In this document: one piece after another, positions 37,185 to 47,067 of the stretch | How positions within the stretch are numbered: the stretch's first letter is position 1 | How the letters are laid out: each line of letters opens with the position of its first letter | Source of the DNA: Candidatus Micrarchaeota archaeon | GTDB lineage: Archaea > Micrarchaeota > Micrarchaeia > Anstonellales > Bilamarchaeaceae | Assembly (NCBI GenBank): GCA_030648615.1 | Contig: JAUSHJ010000071.1 | Coordinates: 830-64,829, forward strand | DNA: 64,000 nucleotides | Direction of reading: 5' to 3' | Program-made: the position numbers and the translations under genes | The notes under the pieces: generated by a model | What the model was told of the DNA's origin: nothing | Seen by the model: only the letters and a program-made list of their open reading frames with translations | Databases searched by the model: none

Positions 37185-37961
37185 ATGATCCCCGAATTAG
37201 CTAAACTTCTAGAGAAATCTATCCAGCAATCACTAGAAGACAGAGTAGCTGTTTCTTTTTCAGGAGGAGTAGATAGTTCTCTTGTAGCTCATGTAGCTGG
37301 AAAGATTTGTGATGTTGAACTGTTTTCCTGCGGCACAGCAAATAGTGAAGACATATTATACGCAGAGCAGGTTGCAAGGCTACTCAACTTAAAATTATAC
37401 AAACTAATTTTTGAAGAACAGGAAATTCTTGACATTTATAATAAATGTTACAATACTGTGCCTAATGATTTGTTAAAGGTAGAATTACTTGTGCCAGTAT
37501 ACAAAGCAGCTGAAGAAGCAAGGAAAAGAGATCATAGAGTTTTACTATTTGGTTCTGCAAGTGAAGAATTGTTTGTAGGTTATGAGAGATATTACACTTA
37601 TGCGAGTGAAGGAAAAGACCTTGACGGAATTTTACGGGAAGAATTTTCAACCCTGAGAAGCAGGGAAATTTCCTGGGTAAAAAAGATTTGTTATAAGTTA
37701 GGCGTAGAAGCAAGATTTCCATTTTATAACCAAGAGTTAGCTAATTTTGTTTTTGATGTTCCACTGGAATTGAGAATGGAGGATCATGAACTAAAAAAGG
37801 GAATTCTAAGAGAAGCTGCAAAGATGCTTGGATTAACGGATTTAGCAGTGAAAAGAAAGAAGAGGGCAATGCAGTATGGCAGTGGCGTGCATAAGATATT
37901 ACTAAAGCATGCTGATGAGTTGAATAAGGTAGATACGACTCCACCGTGGCAGAAATCCTAG
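37185..37961 (+). CDS. Asparagine-synthase-like protein (ATP-pyrophosphatase domain only)
   Basis: VAVSFSGGVDSS, LFGSASEELFVGY, EARFPFYN, KKGILRE, RKKRAMQYGSG; no N-terminal glutaminase domain. Confidence 0.85.
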   Translation: MIPELAKLLEKSIQQSLEDRVAVSFSGGVDSSLVAHVAGKICDVELFSCGTANSEDILYAEQVARLLNLKLYKLIFEEQEILDIYNKCYNTVPNDLLKVELLVPVYKAAEEARKRDHRVLLFGSASEELFVGYERYYTYASEGKDLDGILREEFSTLRSREISWVKKICYKLGVEARFPFYNQELANFVFDVPLELRMEDHELKKGILREAAKMLGLTDLAVKRKKRAMQYGSGVHKILLKHADELNKVDTTPPWQKS

Positions 37962-38095
37962 GGTCTCCCATCTTCAGTTTCGGGTTTCGTGTCTAGCTTC
38001 CTGTCTTAGGACCTTGGTTGTTTCCAGTCTTGAGTTTTCGGTTTCAACTCTCTGGTCTAGTATCCTGGTCGTCTTCGGTCTCGACTGTGTTATAC
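37962..38095 (-). repeat. Long degenerate heptamer array
   Basis: Minus strand reads ...ttgaaac cgaaaac tcaagac tggaaac... (38020-38047), with further imperfect units on both sides. Confidence 0.65.
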
Positions 38096-38277
38096 GTTTG
38101 TGCACTTATAAGAGCATGTTTTATAGTTTTGTGCCCTTAAAAGGACATATTTCTAAGCTTTGTGCCCTTAGATAAACCAGATAAAAAGAAGATAATGCAT
38201 ATTTCGATGGATGTTTTTTAAGGCTGGAATTAGGAAATGCCAATCGTCGATAGTATAGCAATACTCTATTCTAGTTA

Positions 38278-40578
38278 TCACTTAGAACTCTTCTTTTCAG
38301 TCGAAGAAGCACCCTGTGCTTTCCTGATGGCAATCTCATCCTTAACTAATTGTTTGAAAATAGGTTCCCACTGCTTCCATGCTTCTTTGAAGTCTATTTT
38401 ACCTTCATCTTTCTCCAACGTTGCCAAAAGCTTATTTGCTTCAGTGTTTGTTTTCAATACGAAATCTATTTCTAATAGTAATTTATCTCCAAGTTCCTCT
38501 GCAGTTTTGCTTACCTCATAATACATTTTACCTTTGAAGAATGCCTGCATGATATATTGTTCAGGAGAAATACCTGTTTCCTCGCTTCTTCTTGCAAGTG
38601 CAGGAGGTATGAATGCTATATCAAGCTCTTTCTCTAATTTCCCGAGATCTACTTTACTAAAGTCTGGATTAGAAGCCTCTGGATTTCTTAGGAATTTGCA
38701 TTCTAACTGACATTTATCTATTGATTCTCCACGCTTGAAACGGAAAACTTCTATGAACTTCTTATCATCCATATCGCTTTCGTAACCATAACCAAGTACA
38801 CGGTAGATTCTTCCCCTTCTACCAAACCGTATTTTCTTAAGGAATGAATATCTGTCTGTAGCGAACATGCTTGCAGCAGGGATGCCGAATACTAGTTCTA
38901 ATCTGTCCTGAACATCTCTAAGCGATTCTGCGTGCAGGTTATAAAGCAGGAATACTCCTGGCTGGGTGTTTAGTAAATTAATGATACCTTGTACGGCTAC
39001 ACGTGAACGAACTTCGTTGATGATTAGTGCGGCATCGCCCATTCTTAGCAATGCATTAGCCATACTTACAAGATCCAGTTCCTTTGTAGTAGTTTCTTCC
39101 CTGTCACTACTCTGTACTCTTGCTGCACCTATGTGGAAACCTCGTTTTCTAAATGCACGAACTGGTATTTCTTCTATATCTTGTATTGGGATTATTCTTC
39201 TTCTGGTACCTATGGCTGAAATTTTAGCTGAAGTAAATGCTGTTTTACCTACACCTTTTAGTCCAAGCACCGCTTCACTGCAACCAAGACCAACTAATAC
39301 GTCATCATATCCAGCAAAGAAAGGATTGAATGAATTATAGGAAAGATATTGCGGGTAGGTAAACGGTTGCTCTTTCATTATACGCAATGCTCCCTGGAGC
39401 TCGTCGAACGTAGCTGGTGGCCTTTGTAGGTGGCAGCGCATGCTTAATCGCTTCAGAACTACATCTGCTATAGGGGAATTTTCATCGAACTTGCGGCTAC
39501 CTTTGAGTGTGAATACGATATTTTTGAATGCGCGCTCCAGAAGATCGCGATTGTATCTATAGAGGGTATGACAAAGACCGTATTTTACGTGCTCGAGATA
39601 TAATGGTGAATTCTCACTATCTACGTAAATATCTGTGATGTTGTCTTTGTCTAAAGCTAAATTTTCGATGTGAGCACCGAGACCCACACTCCATGCTGCA
39701 GCTTCTCTGCCCATAACTAGTGCTTCTTTTGGAGTTATTTGAATGCCCTGCAATATGGCCTGATCCATGAAATATTGGCGATAATCTCTGGTTTTAGAAT
39801 CCATGATAATTTCGTAGTCTGCATTCTCAAATATTTCTTTCATCTGTTCTCCGAGGAAACGAGTAAGCATTTTCTTGAGAGGTTCGCTTAGCCCCTCTAT
39901 TATAGGATTCTTCTGAACGTAGAGAAATGCATCTGCTCCAGGTGTTTCATATATTTGTACTTCTACTCCGTAGGGCAACTTGTAACTTGCATCCGCAGCC
40001 TTCACTGGTTTAGCATTTGGAGGTATGTCAAGAACTATCGAAGTTACGAAATAGAGGCTCTTCAAACCAGTTAATGATAGGAAAGCAAGTCTGAAGTCTC
40101 CTGCTTTTTTTACTAATTGATAAAGCTTAGTTTCTATGAATCTTTTGAGTATACCGTTGATCCATGCCTTGAATGTCTGGTAACCTTTTACGTATATTTG
40201 TTTTTCTGGTTCTGCTTCCTTGTAGCCTGATAGCTCTTGTTCAGCAAGTACTGGATTAAGAAATACGTATTCGTAGAATTTTCTGATTAGTCTTCTTCTA
40301 CCATCGAAAGAAGGATCCTGTTTCATCCCATAAATATCTTCTCTTAGGAGGAGTTGTTCAATTTGTCTAATTATACCAGCATACTCCACTAGTACATTGG
40401 TGCGCGTTTCGTCCAGTTCTATAACTATTTCTTCTTCATAGCGAATTGTTTTTATCGGAACTTCCTGAGTTGAAAGATCTTTTAGGTGAATGTTAAGGAA
40501 TTCCGGAGATGCGAATTCATATGGGCATTTTGATAGGTCGACAATGGCTCGGTTTCCTTCCAGATAAAGATTACACAT
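38278..40578 (-). CDS. TadA/VirB11/FlaI-type secretion or pilus ATPase with long N-terminal region
   Basis: Walker A GLKGVGKT, Asp box IQDIEE, Walker B LIINEVR, LHAES His box. Confidence 0.8.
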   Translation of the reverse strand: MCNLYLEGNRAIVDLSKCPYEFASPEFLNIHLKDLSTQEVPIKTIRYEEEIVIELDETRTNVLVEYAGIIRQIEQLLLREDIYGMKQDPSFDGRRRLIRKFYEYVFLNPVLAEQELSGYKEAEPEKQIYVKGYQTFKAWINGILKRFIETKLYQLVKKAGDFRLAFLSLTGLKSLYFVTSIVLDIPPNAKPVKAADASYKLPYGVEVQIYETPGADAFLYVQKNPIIEGLSEPLKKMLTRFLGEQMKEIFENADYEIIMDSKTRDYRQYFMDQAILQGIQITPKEALVMGREAAAWSVGLGAHIENLALDKDNITDIYVDSENSPLYLEHVKYGLCHTLYRYNRDLLERAFKNIVFTLKGSRKFDENSPIADVVLKRLSMRCHLQRPPATFDELQGALRIMKEQPFTYPQYLSYNSFNPFFAGYDDVLVGLGCSEAVLGLKGVGKTAFTSAKISAIGTRRRIIPIQDIEEIPVRAFRKRGFHIGAARVQSSDREETTTKELDLVSMANALLRMGDAALIINEVRSRVAVQGIINLLNTQPGVFLLYNLHAESLRDVQDRLELVFGIPAASMFATDRYSFLKKIRFGRRGRIYRVLGYGYESDMDDKKFIEVFRFKRGESIDKCQLECKFLRNPEASNPDFSKVDLGKLEKELDIAFIPPALARRSEETGISPEQYIMQAFFKGKMYYEVSKTAEELGDKLLLEIDFVLKTNTEANKLLATLEKDEGKIDFKEAWKQWEPIFKQLVKDEIAIRKAQGASSTEKKSSK

Positions 40579-40628
40579 GATTTAGAATACAGAGATATTG
40601 TTTTTAAATCCAGCGAATTCCGTTCGAC

Positions 40629-41246
40629 TTATACCGTGTCACTTATTATGATTTTGGGGATTTTCTGGCCTAGTAAACCGCCGATTAGACCGGCTACAAC
40701 GGATAGAATAATTAGAGGTAACCCCCTGAGCATCAATTCTGCGATAGGCGAATAACTGAGATGACCATACTGTGTCAATTCGATCATGAACTTAGATATG
40801 TTCAAATTTAAAATTAAAAAAATTATTGTAGTCAATACGCCTACCAAAGTACTTGTAATCATTGCTGAGATTAGATCTAGTTTTATATATCGAGTTGCAC
40901 GATAGCCAACATAACCAAAAAATATGAAAATTAGCACAAATGGGCCATATACAAAGAGAAGTTCAGTCGTAGAATCGGGGCACTCATATAGACATGTTAG
41001 GTGTTTATAACTAAAATAATTAGAGAGATAAGATTGAATTATAACTAAAATAACTGATGCGACAATACTGATTTTTGCAGATTCCAGAATATTCTTTTTG
41101 GATATGCCATGACGTTTTAAATGTATCCACGATACCAAAATAGATAAAAGAAATCCACCAATGATAGTCGCAATAATTGCCATTGCAATTAGATCCGCCA
41201 ACGCGCCAAGTCCAGTTCCCCCATACCCAGGACTAAGCAAGAACAT
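40629..41246 (-). CDS. Multi-pass membrane protein
   Basis: About 5 TM helices; start moved to avoid overlap with the upstream gene. Confidence 0.6.
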   Translation of the reverse strand: MFLLSPGYGGTGLGALADLIAMAIIATIIGGFLLSILVSWIHLKRHGISKKNILESAKISIVASVILVIIQSYLSNYFSYKHLTCLYECPDSTTELLFVYGPFVLIFIFFGYVGYRATRYIKLDLISAMITSTLVGVLTTIIFLILNLNISKFMIELTQYGHLSYSPIAELMLRGLPLIILSVVAGLIGGLLGQKIPKIIISDTV

Positions 41247-41287
41247 CGAATCTTCAAACATAATTAGTACTGAGTGGCTTGTAATTT

Positions 41288-41596
41288 TTAAACTTGCTTT
41301 TTCAGTTCCTTCCTTCCAACGTAGATGTAAATCAGGATTCCGACCACTAAAACGAAAATCACTACGAATAGCCATTTGACTTTCCATGAAGTTTCATTTT
41401 TGGCAAGGTAAATCTCACGCAACACTGTGACCAGTGCAAGAAATGATGGCACTGCACTTATGGAGAAGCATACTGCAGAAATGACAGTCAAAAAACCATA
41501 ATTTGTATAGAAGTAAAGAATGGTGCTGATAGCTCCGATAATAAAAAGAGCAAAACTGGCCTTTGCTGCAAGAACTAAATAATCTGATTTTAACAT
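41288..41596 (-). CDS. Small membrane protein with PLDc_N-like C-terminus
   Basis: KVKWLFVVIFVLVVGILIYIYVGRK. Confidence 0.55.
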   Translation of the reverse strand: MLKSDYLVLAAKASFALFIIGAISTILYFYTNYGFLTVISAVCFSISAVPSFLALVTVLREIYLAKNETSWKVKWLFVVIFVLVVGILIYIYVGRKELKKQV

Positions 41597-41657
41597 GATG
41601 GTGATTGTGAGCTGTAATTTTTATTTGTATCTAAGAATTGCCAATTTTGGGGCGATC

Positions 41658-41706
41658 TTCAAATATGTAATATTTGAACGAGCTAGAGAACAACTGGATG
41701 TTCTCT
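41658..41706. repeat. Two-hairpin cluster, intergenic
   Basis: TTCAAATAT-GTA-ATATTTGAA (41658-41678); AGAGAACA-ACTGGA-TGTTCTCT (41685-41706). Confidence 0.55.
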
Positions 41707-41797
41707 GGATAACCACCCTTTTGATTTGTGATGCCTAAGCAATAAAAGAGCAGTATTTAACAAATCATTAAATAGTTTATGTTTCATATAACATAGT

Positions 41798-42901
41798 ATG
41801 TCAAAGATACGCTGCGCAGTTGTTGGAATAGGAAATTGCTTTGCTGGTCTAGTACAAGGGATAGAATATTACAGACAACATCCTGAACAGGAAGTAATTG
41901 GAGTAATGCATGCCAAGATAGGCCCCTATTCCATTCATGATATTGAATTTGTTGCAGGATTTGACGTAGGAGAAAATAAGATTGGCAAAACAATTAACCA
42001 GGCTATTTATGAATACCCGAATCTCGTAAACTGGATTCCAAAAGATACGATGCAGAAGACTACTGGAAAAGTCTATGAAACTCCAGCACTGGACGGAGTC
42101 GGGATTTGGGTTGAGAATAAAATTAAACCAATTAAGAGCAAGAAAACTAATGAGCAGTTGACAAATGAAATAAAGAAGATACTGAAGGAAAATAACGTAG
42201 AAATAATAATTTCCTATTTGCCAGTAGGTTCAGAAAAAGCAACTAAATTCTGGGCGCAAATATGCCTGGATGCTAAGGTTGCATTTGTAAATTGCATGCC
42301 TAGCTTCATTGCATCAGAACCAGAGTGGGCGAAGAAATTTGAGAAAGCTGGTATTCCAATTATTGGAGATGACATAAAATCCATGGTTGGAGCTACTATA
42401 GTCCACAGATCATTGGCAAGATTATGCGATATGCGTGGCACAAAGATAGAAAAAACGTACCAGATTAACGTCGGCGGCAACGCCGATTTTCTTAATATGA
42501 AAGAACAGTCAAGACTACAATCTAAAAAAATATCTAAAACTGAATCAGTACAATCACAACTTAGACAAAGACTCCCAGATGATCAAATTTATGTTGGACC
42601 ATCAGATTTTATTCCATTCCTCGGCAATACGAAATTAATGTTCATGAGAATAGAAGGCCGTATGTGGGCAAACGTCCCATTTAATATGGAAGTAAGATTA
42701 GAAGTTGACGATAAGGCTAATTCTGCAGGTATTGTGATAGATGCGATCCGCTATTGCAGACTTGCGTTGGATAGAAAAATCAGTGGACCGTTAATTGGCC
42801 CAAGTGCATGGTTAATGAAACATCCTCCAAAACAATTTAGCGATGATGAAGCAAAACGTTTGACAGATGAATTTATTAGTGGGAGTATTGCCCGCCAATA
42901 A
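41798..42901 (+). CDS. ino1: myo-Inositol-1-phosphate synthase
   Basis: AVVGIGNC, SYLPVGSE, GDDIKSMVGAT, YQINVGGNADFLNM, DKANSAG, WLMKHPP. Confidence 0.95.
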   Translation: MSKIRCAVVGIGNCFAGLVQGIEYYRQHPEQEVIGVMHAKIGPYSIHDIEFVAGFDVGENKIGKTINQAIYEYPNLVNWIPKDTMQKTTGKVYETPALDGVGIWVENKIKPIKSKKTNEQLTNEIKKILKENNVEIIISYLPVGSEKATKFWAQICLDAKVAFVNCMPSFIASEPEWAKKFEKAGIPIIGDDIKSMVGATIVHRSLARLCDMRGTKIEKTYQINVGGNADFLNMKEQSRLQSKKISKTESVQSQLRQRLPDDQIYVGPSDFIPFLGNTKLMFMRIEGRMWANVPFNMEVRLEVDDKANSAGIVIDAIRYCRLALDRKISGPLIGPSAWLMKHPPKQFSDDEAKRLTDEFISGSIARQ

Positions 42902-42916
42902 TAACTCGGTGCATAA

Positions 42917-43531
42917 ATGATAAAAAACACAGGTTTCGCAAGCAAAGTATCCGAGAATTTAGGCAAGATATTTGCAAAATTACCTATTGACCCAAATGCC
43001 ATTACAATATTATCTCTTTTACTAGCGATAATGGCTTACATTTCCTATGGACCTCACCCTGTAAACGAGCTACAATCACTAATCCTATTCGGGTTTGCAT
43101 TCTTCTTTGATGCGATCGACGGTGCTGTAGCCCGTGCAGTAAACAAAGTAACAAAAGAAGGTGCATTTCTAGATGGAGTTATTGACAGATGTGTAGAATT
43201 CTTTTTGATATTGACTTTATTCAGTGCATTTACGTTTAATCTAGAGGCGTGGAAACTGCTTTTAGTAATATTGTTCTTCGGTACTGGCATGACTAGTTTT
43301 GTCAAAGCGTATGCAGAACACAGAGGCATGATGACACATGAAGAAGCAGCAAAATTGCCAGGCTTACTAGAAAGAACTGAAAGAGTAATACTCTTGATGC
43401 TAATATTTGTAGCTACGATTTTCTCAACCATGGACCATGTACGAATTTTGCTTTACATAACTGCTGCACTTAGTATAGTAACGTTCCTACAGAGAACTTA
43501 TTTGATTATGTATGGGAAGAAAACGAATTAG
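42917..43531 (+). CDS. CDP-alcohol phosphatidyltransferase (archaetidylinositol-phosphate synthase-like)
   Basis: DAIDGAVARAVNKVTKEGAFLDGVIDR signature; directly after ino1. Confidence 0.88.
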   Translation: MIKNTGFASKVSENLGKIFAKLPIDPNAITILSLLLAIMAYISYGPHPVNELQSLILFGFAFFFDAIDGAVARAVNKVTKEGAFLDGVIDRCVEFFLILTLFSAFTFNLEAWKLLLVILFFGTGMTSFVKAYAEHRGMMTHEEAAKLPGLLERTERVILLMLIFVATIFSTMDHVRILLYITAALSIVTFLQRTYLIMYGKKTN

Positions 43532-44810
43532 TTAGTATCTCTGTTTTTCTGCTTTCCAATAATGTGCGAATGGCCAGCACTATCTCTTTTAGAACTACAT
43601 CTTTCACCATGGAATCAGAACGATGAGGCACATATCTCGGTCTTCCATCCGCTCCTCTTACGACATTATCACCATAATAAAGAACTGGATGACCTGCTCC
43701 TTTCCCTGTAGGAAGTTTAATTTGAAATCCGATTTGGACGAGCCAACGATGAAAATCACTCGATTTAAGACCATGATTTAGAGAGAGTTGAGCAAGCAAC
43801 TCCAGGTTTCTCTCGATTTTTGCAAGCTCCTTTGCTGCCTCGCCAGAAATTGAATTCGAATACGGTTCTTCTCTTCCGCCTAATGGATGTGATAACTTGG
43901 CAAATATAAGATCAAGAATAATTGAAAATCTAACTCCTTCTGAAGCAAAGGCATCTGACAAGGATTCTGTATGAGTTGATAGAATAGTCTTAAGCACTGT
44001 AGGATTTTCTATAATAGATTTGATTTCAACTTCTCCAAGAGTATTGCACAATACTTTGGCTGTTACGCCAGCATAGCTTCCCAAAACAGGTTCGAGAGCA
44101 GAATAGAGTGATTTTTTGAAAGATTCGTTTCTTTCAACGATATCTTCAACCGCTTTTTTAGACGATGATGGTGGTATTTCTTCATCAGTTGTAGCGGTAG
44201 GCAACTTTTGAGATTTAAATGGAGTATGATTTAAAAGGTCAATAAAAAGTTCAAAAGCTTCTCCTATGCGTCTTTTTGTTCTCCATGCCCTAGTTAGTTC
44301 TCTGCGTTCATGATCCTGTTTATGCAGTTCGTCCTCTTTTCTCCGCTTAAGTTCAGTATGTCTAAATTGCCTGACTCTGTCTAGCCATTCAGGAATAGCA
44401 AATAGAACAAATATTGCAATTGCTGTCAGCAGACCATCGATTATAGCCAAAGGACGTTTGTGCTCATTGTCATATTTAAGTTTTCTGGCTACCTCGCTAA
44501 CTCTTTTACTATCTTTGTTGTAATTTAATATGGATCTGTCGGCATCTTTATACTCCTTCAAATCTTTAATTTCTTTTGGATCCTTAGTTTTGTATTCTCC
44601 ATCACGCACCCTTAAAATTAAATTGCGGCTATTTTGGAGTATTGCATCAAACGATTCATTCCTACTGTCCAAAAGTTCCTTAAAATGGTGCGCCTCTTCT
44701 CTGTAGGTTGTACTCCTTGTATTGAAAGAACGCTGACCTGCTACCAAACCAAAACTAGAGGCAATAACCGCAACAACGATTTCATAGCGACTAGCCTTAA
44801 ATATTTTCAT
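43506..44810 (-). CDS. Membrane-anchored hypothetical protein with HicA-like C-terminal domain
   Basis: Two hydrophobic segments; C-terminal FHRWLVQIGFQIKLPTGKGAGHPVLY...YVPHRSDSMVKDVVLKEI. Confidence 0.45.
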   Translation of the reverse strand: MKIFKASRYEIVVAVIASSFGLVAGQRSFNTRSTTYREEAHHFKELLDSRNESFDAILQNSRNLILRVRDGEYKTKDPKEIKDLKEYKDADRSILNYNKDSKRVSEVARKLKYDNEHKRPLAIIDGLLTAIAIFVLFAIPEWLDRVRQFRHTELKRRKEDELHKQDHERRELTRAWRTKRRIGEAFELFIDLLNHTPFKSQKLPTATTDEEIPPSSSKKAVEDIVERNESFKKSLYSALEPVLGSYAGVTAKVLCNTLGEVEIKSIIENPTVLKTILSTHTESLSDAFASEGVRFSIILDLIFAKLSHPLGGREEPYSNSISGEAAKELAKIERNLELLAQLSLNHGLKSSDFHRWLVQIGFQIKLPTGKGAGHPVLYYGDNVVRGADGRPRYVPHRSDSMVKDVVLKEIVLAIRTLLESRKTEILTNSFSSHT

Positions 44811-44909
44811 GATATAATAATGTATATAATCATTTTTAAACACATCTTAACATAATATTACTACGTTTGAGGTTAATTATGAGTATAGAGCCAGTAATAT
44901 TCGAGTTAT

Positions 44910-45061
44910 GTGAACCCTCCCAGCACTAAAGTGCTGGGCTTCCAGCTATTTTAGAAGAATCCTGAAAGACTTAGTTGTTCTGGCTCATGTTCTAACTGCT
45001 GAATTGTCTGGTTAAATGTGTGGTCAATTCACTACGGACTAAAGTCCATAGATTTCTTGAC
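44910..45061 (+). mobile_element. Non-autonomous IS200/IS605-type element (PATE-like)
   Basis: TTAT then GTGAACC; hairpin CCCAGCAC-TAAA-GTGCTGGG (44919-44938); second hairpin CAATTCA-CTACGGAC-TAAA-GTCCATAG (stem 45032-45051); no ORF between them. Confidence 0.65.
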
Positions 45062-45110
45062 ATTCTTTTGGTACCGGGGAGCTTTCTTATGGGGGTGTCA
45101 GGAATCCCAG

Positions 45111-45243
45111 GGACCGATAAATCGAAAACGATTTATGGTTTGACAAGAATTTCTTGTCAAATATTGACAAAGTTTTTGCAACTTTGTCAATGGTCCATAT
45201 TTCGAAGTTTCGAAATATCGGAAACTAGAGGGGCGCTCCCCTC
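45111..45243. repeat. Tandem-hairpin cassette, five hairpins
   Basis: ATAAATCG/CGATTTAT, TTTGACAAGAA/TTCTTGTCAAA, ATTGACAAAGT/ACTTTGTCAAT, ATATTTCGAA/TTCGAAATAT, AGAGGGG/CCCCTCT. Confidence 0.85.
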
Positions 45244-46244
45244 TGGTTGGCCTTTAAATTCCCTTCCGGGAAATAATTGAAAGTATGATCCTTGAATATT
45301 GGAAAGGTTTCAAAATCAGAAATAACATCACCAAATTTATCTCTTAGTTCCACAACAAAACTCTGAAATTCGATTCTATTTTTTACTTCTACTTCTACAC
45401 CTATGCGCCAGCGGCCAATGTGGTTCACAACGAAGGTCACATTTTGACTAGCTAAAAGAAAATTATTCAGTTGTTTTTCTCTGTCTGACTGAAGATTATT
45501 TATCCCTAAAAATAGCATGTAGACCTCATAGCCAATAGCAAAAGGATGAATCATTGCACGATAGCCCAATATGAGTTTATTTTGTTCCATTTTTTTTATT
45601 CTTGCAGTTACAGTCTTATCTGAAACTCCAAGTTTATTGGCAATTTGTAAATTTGAGAGAAATGCATCTGTGGAAATCACATCTACTATTTGCTTATCTA
45701 AATCATCAAAACCCAATTCAGAATTAAATTTCATGCTATGTACAAAGTATTTTCTTTCTAGTTGTTCTTCCTTTATTTTATCATCAAGAAGATATATACG
45801 AGATTGATCTCTAACATTTATGTAAACTAAAATTTCATAAGCTTTTACGAATTTACCGTATTTATTTAAAAAATCTTCAAAAATAGTATTGAAAGAATAG
45901 TTATCTTTAGTTATAAAATTTACAATTACATCCCAATTGCCCCCTACTTCCCCTACCCACATGGCACTTGGGTGATTAGAGAGAAATTCCAGAAGTTGTT
46001 GCTTCTGAACTTTACCAGCACCACCTAATCTTATCAATACTCTAAACCAATTATAGCCAACTAGAACACTATCAAAAATAGTTAATGCTGCTTGTATAAT
46101 GCCTTCTTTTTTCATTTTATTTATTCTGTATAATGCTACTTGCCTACTGACACCCGTTTTCTTGGCTAGTTCGCCAATCGGCATTCTGGCATTCATATCA
46201 AGAAAATATAGAATACGACGATCTTTTAGATCTAATTTAGGCAT
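45225..46244 (-). CDS. Tandem-duplicated Lrp/AsnC regulator
   Basis: DLKDRRILYFLDMNARMPIGELAKKTG; second unit DDLDKQIVDVISTDAFLSNLQIANKLG. Confidence 0.9.
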   Translation of the reverse strand: MPKLDLKDRRILYFLDMNARMPIGELAKKTGVSRQVALYRINKMKKEGIIQAALTIFDSVLVGYNWFRVLIRLGGAGKVQKQQLLEFLSNHPSAMWVGEVGGNWDVIVNFITKDNYSFNTIFEDFLNKYGKFVKAYEILVYINVRDQSRIYLLDDKIKEEQLERKYFVHSMKFNSELGFDDLDKQIVDVISTDAFLSNLQIANKLGVSDKTVTARIKKMEQNKLILGYRAMIHPFAIGYEVYMLFLGINNLQSDREKQLNNFLLASQNVTFVVNHIGRWRIGVEVEVKNRIEFQSFVVELRDKFGDVISDFETFPIFKDHTFNYFPEGNLKANQRGAPL

Positions 46245-46365
46245 ATTTTACTTTTAGTAAGTTTTATTTATAAATACTCCGAAAATGCTAATTTTTAGCC
46301 AATAACTTTTAAATACTTGGAATGTGTGAAATAGTTAGGAAAAATGATTAAATGAGGTAAATATT

Positions 46366-47001
46366 ATGACTGGAATTACTTGTACCGTAAAAACACCTGG
46401 AATGTTTAAGCCCGTAGATGTTTCTTCCAAAATAGTAAAGACACCTGCATTTATCCAAGGTGGAAGTCACAGAATAGACAAAGGACCACGTACTGATGAA
46501 TTACAATCATTCAGAAAAGCAGTAGAATTACATAGAAAATGCCTAGATGAAGGACTGCAAACAACACTGGGTTGCATGGTTAATGACCTTGCAATTCCAA
46601 GCAAAGAAAGACCCAAAAACACTGGAACGCCATACCAGTTTCCAGAAGAATATTTGAAAATACTTCAAGAAGCAAGAATTCCGATTGCTGAGGTAGTAGT
46701 TTTCTATGAAAGTAGCTTAAGAAATGGAGCAAGTCAAGACGCCAGAAGACGAGGAGTAAAAATAGCAGAAACAATGAACGAATATACGGGTTTTCCAGTT
46801 CCTGTTTGTGCTTCAATTATGGGAAGATTTTACAAAACTTTAGAAGAACAAGGTTTTGCACAGGTAATTGGAGTATATACTCTGATGGACTGTGGACCGG
46901 AGAAAGGTGCCAAAAAGGAACGTTCTGGTTACGACATCAAAATGGATGTTGTAAACTTTTACATGGACGCTAAAGGAAACGTTTATGATGAGCATTTCTA
47001 A
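46366..47001 (+). CDS. Hypothetical protein, divergent from the Lrp gene
   Basis: 211-aa ORF with SD GAGGTA; no family recognised with confidence. Confidence 0.6.
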   Translation: MTGITCTVKTPGMFKPVDVSSKIVKTPAFIQGGSHRIDKGPRTDELQSFRKAVELHRKCLDEGLQTTLGCMVNDLAIPSKERPKNTGTPYQFPEEYLKILQEARIPIAEVVVFYESSLRNGASQDARRRGVKIAETMNEYTGFPVPVCASIMGRFYKTLEEQGFAQVIGVYTLMDCGPEKGAKKERSGYDIKMDVVNFYMDAKGNVYDEHF

Positions 47002-47067
47002 ACAGTTAAAACATAAACATACCTCTAACCGTTCTATCTAATAACAGGAGTAATCTAAATTCCAATC

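Noticed and set aside
38128-38170. 12-bp direct repeat TTTGTGCCCTTA (two copies)
   Set aside because: Only two copies with a 19-nt spacer; not a CRISPR array, and no cas genes are present.
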